DNA of 64,000 bases, from the NCBI GenBank assembly GCA_977030845.1, contig OZ365114.1:21328001-21392000 (forward strand). The letters run 5' to 3'. Below are positions 39,780 to 50,706 of this stretch, one piece after another. Position numbers and translations under genes: made by a program. The notes under the pieces are model-generated. The model was not told where the DNA came from, searched no databases, and saw nothing but the letters and a program-made list of their open reading frames with translations. The number at the start of each line of letters is the position of its first letter. Within the stretch, counting starts at the first letter, position 1. This DNA is from Fimbriosthenelais zetlandica (lineage: Eukaryota).

Positions 39780-40460
39780 CCAGGGTCGCGCGATATGTAG
39801 CTTGCCAACCGGAAAAGCTGAACCGGAACATCGCGTTCTTAACCTTAACGATAGAATGCCTTCTGAAAGGGTCAGGGACATGGTCACCTTTACCAAAAAG
39901 TGGCTAGTAAAATGTCAATATATGCTGGTAATGTGATTAGACGTAAATCTCAAGAATTATTGTATATAGTATAATATAACTGCGGAGTCTGAGAATGGGG
40001 ATTTGATGGAATTTGATTGCAATTGCCTCAGGTATGACGAAATTGCCAATATCGATAACAGTGCTAGATGCAAATAAATGATTCTTCCCCAACAAGAACA
40101 ATTTTCGTGACCGGAAGTGGACATTCTATTGCTATCACTCGTTCTTCCCAACTAAACATGACGGTCATGTGTGCCAAGAACAATTCCCCATCTGTGAAAG
40201 GTCACATGAGCCTTGTGGCCATCTTGGCAGTCAAGTCTCGTCACGAGCGATATCTCGCGCGATTCTTCCCTCAGGGTGACACTATCAGTAGAAACAAGGC
40301 GGTCATGTTGACAGACAAGTGATGGAAACAATTGTTCGCCGCGAAATGGTGGCTCAGGGCGATTCTCGCTCGTTACAACCTGCACAGAGTAGTTGAGCGG
40401 AAGTCCCTGAAGATGGCGCTGTTTTTGGCGCGCTTTTGGATTGGGTTTCCGGTTAATGTC
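39780..40460. promoter_or_regulatory. Housekeeping-promoter-like motif cluster (ETS, YY1, E2F, BANP-like)
   Basis: ETS: ACCGGAA at 39808 and 39822, ACCGGAAGTG 40110-40119, GCGGAAGT 40397. YY1: GCCATCTT 40218 and AAGATGGCG 40410. BANP-like: TCTCGCGCGA 40253 (1 mismatch to TCTCGCGAGA). E2F: TTTTGGCGCG 40423. CpG-rich context. Confidence 0.5.
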
Positions 40461-43400
40461 GTCCACTAACCAGGGGCCTTGTTTGCAGGGTTCGTGTAAA
40501 TAGGGAGTAGTTGGATATGCTCATTTCCGCTTGGAAGCAACCACTGCCATCGGCTGTGTATTGAGATTGCTCATTAACCTATAAAAACATCAGGGTCAAA
40601 AAAGTAGACTGACCCCAGAGAGAATGTCAGGTTATGAACTTTCTACTATTCTGATTTGAAAAGCCCCAAATGCGAAATGCAAGAAAATTTAACAAGTTAC
40701 AACTGACTCATTTTCTATCGCATCATATCGCTGATGGGGTATGTAAGATGAACTCTTTGTGTTCTTCAAAGAAGTAAGCACACTCTTTGCATTCGTTTCT
40801 TTGGCCAAGTAAAACAGCCATCACTTGCACCACTGTCATCTTTCGTACCTGTATCAGTGGTAGCACATGCAACTTGATCCTTTCTTTTATGAGTGAGTTA
40901 ACCGCAGTTTAGGACCACGCGGGGCCCCACAGGAGCTCAGGTGTCTGTACCTGGTATGTGGTAATATTCCTGGTCTGTGGAGAAGCGAGAGGGAGGGAGA
41001 AGGATAGGGAAGAAGATGGAGAAGGAGGGCGTGGGCCCGCTTCCTTCACAATACCATCAGATCAAAGTGCCTCGCATGTAGCTGCACCACGCTTACGCCT
41101 TCTTTTGATCCTACTTAAAGGAGCTTGGATGGGATGGTGGAAGCAATTGGTATAAAACAAACGCCTGCTGCGTGTGTCAGTGTGTGTTAGTGTGTCTGTC
41201 TTGGGCTTCTTAAAGAGACACACGTCTGCTACATGGGGGACTGGTGAATACAGCTACAATAGGAATATCTAGGGCCGTATTGTTCAGTTTTAGTATTATG
41301 AAAAGCATGACCTGAAGACGACATCACGCGATCTTTGACACAGTTAGAGTCCCTTCCCCCACAAGTATTGATAATACAGTACAAGTAGTTGTATCATCTT
41401 TTGGTTCCTCATTCCACAATCCACATTCGAACTTCACGAACTTATGATTTATGGTTTATACGTCGTGATTTTACTCACATTGTTTGGCGTACATTTTATA
41501 TACCCTAACCCCAAACCCACCTGCTCACTTTTTATACTCCTCCCTCCCACCTTACCGCCTCCACCTTGCCCCCAGATGGGATCCGATGCATTGCCATTGA
41601 TTCCTGCATTGATCCTTGGTTTGATCTTTTATCATCCTATTCAAACCAGCAAGCCCACTGCCTCAGCTGGTCTTTTATCACCCTTAAAAGGCCAAGCAAG
41701 ACCACCTCTTCTAGCCTGCCTCAATACAACCCCCTACCACTGACCCTGGACCCGAGGAAATCGCCTTAACAGACAGACTTCAAAGGCTCGGCCAGATAGG
41801 CACGAAAGAAGACAGGTTAATCTCTGCAAGGAAGAAAAGCGAGAGCTGGGGATCTGGAAAAACATGCGGGTGCAAGGTTAATAGCGGTATTTGACTACCC
41901 TGAGTGAATTCTTATCTACAAAGTTGAGGCTTAAAAGCTACTTAGGACTTGTGTGGACTGTGGTATCACTGATAAGACTGATTGGAAGCGACCATTGGGG
42001 ACGATCTACCTTCTAGCTTTATAAAGGCGATTGTTATCATCTGGACGCCTTCAGAGGCTCATGGAAAGGTATGAGTGAAAAGATGCATTAAGGAAGAATG
42101 TTAACAAAGATGCCGCACCAGATAAATACTTTCTACTAAAGAATAGGCTTTTTATTCACCTTAACCACACTGATCAAACTGTGGTTCGAAACCACAATGG
42201 TTTTGCTTGCTCCACTTCTTGAATATTACATTAAATACAATTGAGAAAACATCATCGTCCAACAAAGCCATGTAGTTTCCATATTGGACGTTTTTGAAAG
42301 CCTCACACCTGGCTCTTGTTGGATGGCAATTGTTTCGGCCCAGTGCCAAATTAAGTTCACAAGCGGTGATATAATTCACATTACATTTGCTTCGCCATTC
42401 CCCTTGCCTGGAGAGCCATGTCATCTGGCTTGGGCGTCGTACCACATTGCCTACCACCCTTGTTCCCTTCATTAGTCTCTATATCATTACCAATTACTGC
42501 CAGCGTGTCCAACCCTCGCCAATGCAGGAGGTCCTCCCAAATTTCACATCGATTTGTTTATGTTGTTCCCGCTGTGTTTTCCATTGATTTAACACGAAAT
42601 GAAGCTTTGACTTGTCACACTTATTGCACTCAAGGGACCTCACACCGAGAGCTGAAACCCTGGAACAACTTTTTTTATACTCGCCAAGCAAAAAATGGAT
42701 CAGAAAATTGTATGTTACACACAAATGCCTATTCTTTGGGAACTAGAATGGTAGAATCCATCCTGCCAATTTATCTAAATAACTGGAAGGATACATCTGT
42801 TGAACAATCACTTATTGTGTCAGTTTTGAGCACAACCCGACAGGAAATTAAATATTTTATGGCCTAGATTTTTAATAAAACTACCAATTGACCCAAAGTT
42901 ATCTTTTGGAAATCAATACAAGGATGAGCATGATCGCGCTATATTCCTCGATGGTTAGTTTGTTTTTAAAGCAATACATTGAGAAGACTCGCTGGCCTAG
43001 AGGCAAAAACCATCGCTCCAGTGGTCGCCTACCAATTTAGGTGTGAGCCCACACACGACAAAGATAATAGAGGCTAAATGAGCGATAATAAGTGAAGGTC
43101 AGAGTGAGAGGCGAGAACAGGGCGTAAAACAAATGGCGCATGAGGATCGGTTTGGTTTAGCTGGAGGCTAAGTACCTACCGCATTCTGTACACACAGACA
43201 AGTACGCCATGACTCATTCACTGTCTCACACAACTCTAAATCCCTACTGGAAGTAATGTTTGTCCAGGTGAGCATGATTCCATTGGTAGGGATAAGAGGC
43301 TGTTCAAAATGGGGAGGGACGATTTGGTTCTTAAATGCATTAACAAAAGTTGATATAAAAGCGTTCAGTAGGGAAAATTACAGAATTTACAAATTGGTAA

Positions 43401-46400
43401 ATCAATATCCCGTGTTATATAAGCTCCTTAAGACATGAAAGTATGTCAGGAAATCTTATGGTTATTTTGAAGAAAATTATAATTTCTATATACTACTCTT
43501 GTTCTCTTTATGAATAGGTGGGATAAGTAGTATAAAGAAATGTTAATTAGGGCGCAGGATACCACGCAACAACTGAAATTTGAACAAGGAACTGCTGCCA
43601 TTTCAAAGATAACCATAATGGTTCATAACAGACGGAGATTAATACATAAAAGTAGCCGGGGGCAGACCAACACGGAAACCTTGGAGTCAAACACACGTGG
43701 GGCATTCACCTTCTGTGCCTGCGCGTTCGTCCATGCTTCAATGGAGACATCACAAATTCCCACCTTTGTGCCAGTTTCCCGCTGGCATCCTGACCAATGG
43801 GCAGCCATGCTCAAAGCACAGCTCCATGCATGAGTGACCGAACGCACCCACTGACCCTGCGAGTGACTCCTGCTCATCTGTCGGAGCTGCTCTGATCTTT
43901 GCCCACTGCCGGTAGGCGAGGTATAAATTTTTTACCAGCAGATCATTTTGTTCTGACCAGGAGATCGCGGTGATCTGTCCGCTTTGTTGGCCAGCATCTT
44001 GGATGCTCTTTGAGGCTTTTCATGCATACAGCATACACCGTTCCAAATAACGCAGGAATATTTTCAAGATTTCCAGTTATTTTTCTCTAAGATCATTTTA
44101 ATATACTAAAGGAACTAGATATTTCATAGGTACAAACACATCCATGGTTCTTGATGCAAGCCACTTTTTTAGGACACCTCTTAAAATGCAAAGCAATGAA
44201 CTTCAATAATAATGTTTTGATATTATAGACAAGCCTGTGATCTGATAAGGGTGAGCACTTTGTGGTTTGAACAAGAGACCAGCCACAGGAGAATAGGCAG
44301 AAGGCCTGTAGGTGTGGTCTCGGGGAAGGATTTGTGTATGTTATCACACATGATTAGAACTTCTATATTTGATATAAATAAACACAAATTGTGCCACAAT
44401 AAGCCTATTCGTCTCACCTTTGGGTCAATTGCCAACCTTCACTTATTGACCACCCACATTCAGTGAAAGATAGAGTATCATGATCAATTGGGACCATATT
44501 AAAGGTCTCTATAACGCAAATTCCACGCAGGGAATGTAAAAAGCCATTTTGGCAGAAATCTGAAGTCATACACAGTGAAATTAATAATTATTTTTCACTG
44601 AAATCTAATATGAATCGGCACGATTCGCATTTAAGTTGTCCCCAGAGAGGTTCTAGATTTGTCTCAAGTGTTAATTGATGAGAGAAGTTGAAAATAAATT
44701 GTTTTTAAATAAAAATTACTAGAAAGTTAACTTTGAGAGGCAGTTATATCTACGTTCAAGCCTTTCAATTTCATTTTCATCAAGGTTCCCTTTGTGGCTT
44801 TTTTTCAGACATTCTAGTCCCTTTGTAAAAGCTATGAATATTTCTAGGGGGTCCTAGAGAGAGACGGATTTCTAAGATTTACTTGAGAAACATGTGGCGG
44901 CAGGAAAGGAAGACGTTACTCGATCCCAGGGTGTAATTGACGTGATTCTTTTCATGTGTCACTCTCTCCACTCCTTTTCCTATCTCCTCTGAAAACGACA
45001 CATTAAACCTAAAAGCTCTCGCCGCGTCTTGCAAGATAGGATCCATTTCTTGCTGATATCGCCATCAACAGAAACAAATTAGCAGAAATGTAGGCTGTTA
45101 ATTGCAGACAGAATGTGATATCTAGAGGGCACAATGGAATGCCGAGAGGGAGGAGGGGGACAAGGCTTCTCATATTTGCAGCTTTATTTCCCCTCTGAAA
45201 TGGGGGACGATTGAAAAAAGGGCGCAGTGCATTTGGCTCATCACAAAGCAGAAAACACATGGTGTTCCCCCAACCACTCCTGGGCCGAGCATTTAACTTA
45301 ATTGAAATCTATGAGGGAGGATGGAGGGACTACAAACATTGTTGTTTTCTAAGACGATGATGACAACGCCGCGAGTGTAATGGCAAAGGCAATGCAAGCA
45401 GAAAACTTCTCTGTGATGTTTCACAAATGTCTGGGAAAAGGTAAAATGCCTTGTTGAGGTCTGAAAACGTTTAAGCTGAGATTTCCTTTATTGTGTGGTA
45501 CTGTCAATATTCAACAGCATCGGTGTTTAGAACTTGTGTGCGTGAAAAGACTAGAATGATGTATTATGTCCTATACGGATATTATACATGTATGAAACAT
45601 GGAAAACCCATATATTATATGAAGGTATAATATAGGCCGCGTATAATGCATATATAGCATAAACATACTCGGGTCTTGTCGCACTAGAAGGGAGCCAATA
45701 TTCATAGAAAGGCAGAGGGTATAGATCGATTGAATAAACACCATGAATCAGAAAAGAGAGAGTATAGAGAGGGAGCGGAGAGAGGAGGGGAAAGTCTTTT
45801 GTGGAGGGCGAGGAGAGGGCTCCACAGAGAAGCCTGCTAAGGTGTATGAATAGTTTGAATGCAGACGTCGATGAACATTCAGTGTTGTATTTAGCACCAG
45901 TTTGTATGGCAAATTGCGTCCGTTTTTGTTCGTTTCACGTCCGCGTTCCTTTGCCAGAAAGGCCCATCGTTGCGGCGCCCAATGCGTTCGCCTCTCCTCT
46001 ATGCTTTGTGTGCGACAGCGGCCCGTCGTCCCAATGAGCACGTCTGTTTACCTAGATTATACGCGGGCCCCGTGTTTTCTGCCCATTTTCTATGATACAT
46101 TGTACTCTATTCGAAGAGCGGGGACAATATTTTTTTGTGTCCATTTTCCAAAAGCCGCATCGCCGACTGCATGCACGGATCAGGAGGGAAAGAAGACGGC
46201 CATTGAAGGGCTGGGATGGCAGAGTGGTGGTGGTAGATGAGGGGACGCCTCATATAAGCTTTCTGATGTGACGGAGAGAGGCCAAAGTCACTACCGTCAG
46301 GCAAGGATCAACCGACCAACACCCTGATTCCCGCTGCTAAATCCAGAAGGATAAAAATACCCGGAAAACCATCGTCTGAAGAGCGAGTGAGGGGAGGAGA

Positions 46401-46604
46401 GGCTGTGAGAGGAGAGCCTGTCTCATACTTCCCAAATACACAGGGAGATAGATTCCAGGCGGAGTAGTTTACTTTCATGCCGTGTCGCGACGCGCAACAG
46501 GGAGACGCGGTCAAAATGAAACCGAGGCGCTTGTAGGGGTGCCATCTAGCGCCCCGTGAACAAATTAAAGTGAAAAGAAAGCGACCAACAATTGGATATG
46601 AGAT

Positions 46605-46641
46605 CACTTCCGGGTCATGTGCAGCTCCAAGGACGGAAGTG
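46605..46641. promoter_or_regulatory. Inverted pair of ETS-type sites at the edge of a CpG-rich patch
   Basis: CACTTCCGG (46605) and ACGGAAGTG (46633). CpG-rich sequence spans about 45900-46640. Confidence 0.35.
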
Positions 46642-49600
46642 TGAATATAGTATTCTCGAAAGGATAAAATATTTGTCATAAATCATAGTGGATGCTCAAT
46701 GTTCAATGGTGGTTATAGAAAATTCAATATTCAAAACGTCGATTATCATCAAAAGGTCATCTACATAGGTCTATCACATCGTAGGTGTGGCAAAATGAGC
46801 AGTACTAAGATATATTGTGTACCTGGAGTAGCCTACTCGCTAACACATTTTGATCAAGGGTTTCCTGTGTTAAGGGTTCGTTAGAGTTGGGGCTAAGTTA
46901 ACAAATTATTTAGAACAGTGATCGCCCAGGAGGAGTAGTAGCCAGAGGTCACCAATTGTTGTCAGTTTCTAGGCTACTGGGCGATAATAAAAGAAATAGG
47001 CATCTGATCAATGATTCTTTATGTCAGAAGCCTCGGGGTGGTGGCGCTGTTCGATTTCCTTACGAAGAGTGAGTTTCAGTTTACCACATGATGATGTATT
47101 GAACTTCTTTCTTAACGTTATGCCAGTTTTTTGGTGCAAGTGGCATATTGATCTCTGTAATTAATGATCTATGTATGAAGCTTATAACTACATGTATATT
47201 AAGCTCAGTTATTATAGCAGGGACTTTTGGAAAAAAGCCCTGTTTTAGCCAAAGTGACTCTCATATGAGGGAGAAGAACTAACTTATATTCTTGGATTTA
47301 ACCTTTTGGTTCTGACCTCAATCTTAACGTTTCATTGAAAGACAGACACAGGTGTTATCCTAGATCTTAGTGCTAACTAGTAGACTTTCAAAAATCGTTT
47401 TGAACAAGAATGTAGATAATTATGATGTATCATTGGATTATAAAACATTGAATTGAATTTGAAATTGTTTTTCTGTCATTGAGTGTAGTTCCCTGACATC
47501 CATGGCAATATCCAGGCCGAGGACCTTGAATATTATATCAAGTTGGAAATCTGCTCAAGTCTGGGAATATCAGTTGTGCAGCTGGTGTGTACACAAAAGC
47601 TTCTCTCCTGGCTGACAAAAATATCCCAGCTTCAATACACCAACGTACATAAACATATGTTGATGGAATTTATCGTTCATGAGGTACGAGTAAACAACAT
47701 GGAATAAGCCAGTGGTAGAATTCATACATGGAGGGGCAAAGTAAAGGGGCCCAGACAATCTCTTACCTAGTGGAATTGCATACTTTCATCAAATAGAGGC
47801 GCGTTGTCAACTTCTTGTTCAGCCTGTCAACAAACAACATAGGAGCACATAAAAAGGGACCCTGGTTAGGTTTATTTGTCCATTTCACGCCCACACTGGA
47901 GCCCAGTGTGGCTCTACCAGGTGAGGTTTGTTTGCTCATCACACAAATCGACATGTAGTAGCCCCTGTAATGTACATTTGAGGCCCTGCCGTGCGCATCT
48001 TCCCTGGAGAAAATTGCACTGGATGGCCTAAGGGACTTATATCCCACTCAAATATTGGGGATTGTGTGGGTTTCTTCTGGGGATCCCAGGGAAAGCTTCC
48101 CTCCACCCATGTACACCACCTTCCCCCACATGGGACGAGATAGGAAGGGAGCCTAACCCTCCGATACTGAGTATGGGGGGATATATTAGTGAGTGGAATG
48201 TGTGTACTTTCTACATAGCACCGTTAGATCCTTAGCTCCCACGACAGAAGCTCTCTGAGGGCATTTCATTGAGAGTGAGGAATGAAATTAAAATCTCCTC
48301 TCAGACCCCCTCTGAAGGGGGTTCAAGCTATGATAAAAAGTAGCGAGATTTACAGCGGGTAAAGGTATATTTGTGATAATGATCCATAGGGATCAGCCGG
48401 GATTTGTCATATTATGTAGGCAGAATAAGGGAGATGTCCCGAGCAAGCTCACAATGAAATTAAATGAAGTCTTACACACGGTATTAGAGTATTGTCTGGC
48501 TTATACCCTGAAAATAGACATCACCTAAGTCTGGTTTGTTTAGGATTGGATGATTGCTGAATGAGTGTTTGTTTTTGGTTGAAGCTCAGAGCTGGGAGGC
48601 TACATGGCATATTTGGTGACTTGTACATGGGTATGAACTGTGCACACACATTCTTGTCTGCTTCGTGTTATTATGAAATCCATAGGGCCTGGGCTACCAG
48701 TCAAGAGTAAAGATTTATAAGAAGCAGCTAAGGACCTCTTTGTATGGCCTTATTTAATGAGTATAAACCTTTTGTGGAAGTGAAAGGAGTAATCAGAGTG
48801 GGAAGATATATTTGGTTGTAAGTACAAACAAGACAAATGAGATGTACATACAGTGTGACAGCATACTTATAACATGACAGGTGATGGTTCAAAAAAGTGA
48901 CAAACACTATTAGAAATTCCTCTAAAATGGGAATTGGCATGTGTCAAACAAAATTATCCTCATATTCCAATTTTAAGTGGTATAATCGGGGAAAGACTCC
49001 TGAACCCTGTGGAAGCCCATCCTATATAGGGTATCACTGAGGTAGAGTAACTGCCCAAATCACCTGGTGCTAAAATAAGTACCCCCTGTGACCCGCAGTC
49101 AATAATAAGAGGAGTTAATCATGTTCCTATCCCTCAGTCTGAGGTCCATTCCCATGTCTTTAGCCACTCTATCACTATAATCTAAGTCCATTTTCGCCTG
49201 CCCTCAATTTTATCCGCAAGACCTGGTCCAGCTTGATGTTCCCAGGAATTTTGACTGAATCTATAAAATTATTATCGGAGGCCAACCGACCCCCTGGACC
49301 GAGGGTGAATCTCCGAGTTCACTGCCCCGAGGGGTTGGGGGCTTACCCCCCTGGGCAAATTTTACCCTGGCACCCAATTGAGGGCTGCCGTTCCGCCCAC
49401 AGGTCAGGAAGGGTTGGGGGTGTTCCCGGGCCCCCCGTAGGGCCTATCCCAAGGAAGAAGCCCGCAGGTGTGTATATTTCAATGTGAAGGAAATTTTATC
49501 TTATTTTCTCCGTTTTTCTCCCTGGGCAACTTTCAATGGTGTTGAGTTTCTGCGGACAAAAATGCGCCGACATTTTCAATCTGAATAACACACTAGGGTC

Positions 49601-49920
49601 GGGCGGTGGGCGGGGTCGGACTGCTTTCAGAGGCGGAGGCTGGTGGGTTGTCCCACGTCGGCTTTACTTAACTCAGTTAATATAAGCTCTGAATTTACCC
49701 CACTTTTCCATCAGGCAGGCTTCTGAACTAAGTTAACAGCTGATTGTTAGCACACTGGTGCTGTTATTAGAGTGCCACAGAGTGCCTATAGGCGATGGGG
49801 TATCCGATATCATTATACTGCCTGCACAAAACACATTCTGTCTATTTCTCAATTTGGGGGCTGGCGCTTAAGCTTGACACTGATTAAATTGCATTATGTG
49901 GATTTCATTGGATCTCCCCA

Positions 49921-49968
49921 CACCTCAACCACCGTCACCACCACCACTACCACGACCTCCACCACCCA
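49921..49968 (+). repeat. Degenerate (ACC)n microsatellite
   Basis: cacctcaaccaccgtcaccaccaccactaccacgacctccaccaccca. Confidence 0.8.
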
Positions 49969-50614
49969 CATGCATCCACACAAAAGCATGGATCTCTTCA
50001 ATATAGAACACAATAACACACTTAATTCACCCCACAATTTTAGCGACTGACTTTACCCCCATGCATTCACATGAAGGTTAGAACCACTTAAAATATCACA
50101 CCTCTCACAGCCACAAAATTACATGCTAGAAAGGAATGCTTTAACCTTGATATTCGCAGCCACATTTACATTATTTCGTGGCCATTTCCATCGTTTTAAA
50201 AGATTCGTTCGCCAAAGAAACCATTCAACTCTCCAATCAAACATCGCGCCAAGCCCCTCTCTCTCTGTTTCATTTGCGATCTCCCGAACTCCGCTTCTCT
50301 TTATTCTCAATAAACATTTTTCAGGGTTTAATAGCTCCTCTTGACATCATTTGCCTGGGAAACATCCATTTTCAAAATGCACTCAATTTGGAAGTGGCGG
50401 TTTGGGCACATCCTTTAAAATTAAAGAGGTTGGTGTTGAAAATTGACAGAAGGAAACGGTTCTTGGTAAGACAAGGCTTTTCAAGAGGACTAAATCGTTC
50501 AAGTAGGTGCGCTTCAGACCTCAAGTGCGGTGCTTTATGGGTAGGGAATCCGTTGCGCCCCTTGAATGTATCAGAAATAGAATGGCACAACATATTCGGA
50601 GGGCTGTATGTAAT

Positions 50615-50706
50615 GGGGGAGAATGGGGAGTGAATGATGGGGGAGGGGGTGAGTAGACTGGGGTGAGGGAGGGGGTGAGGTGGAGGAGTGATGGGGGAAA
50701 GTGGGG
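50615..50706 (+). repeat. G-run cluster with G-quadruplex potential
   Basis: Nine runs of 3-5 G within 92 nt. Confidence 0.8.

Noticed and set aside
42993-43055. A-box-like TGGCCTAGAGG: tRNA or tRNA-derived SINE head
   Set aside because: No credible B box or cloverleaf. GGTTCAAATC at about 308 and 11203 likewise lack tRNA stems.
45030-45110. Minus-strand YISANLFLLMAISA…YLA resembling GPCR TM3
   Set aside because: No DRY motif and no neighbouring transmembrane segments.
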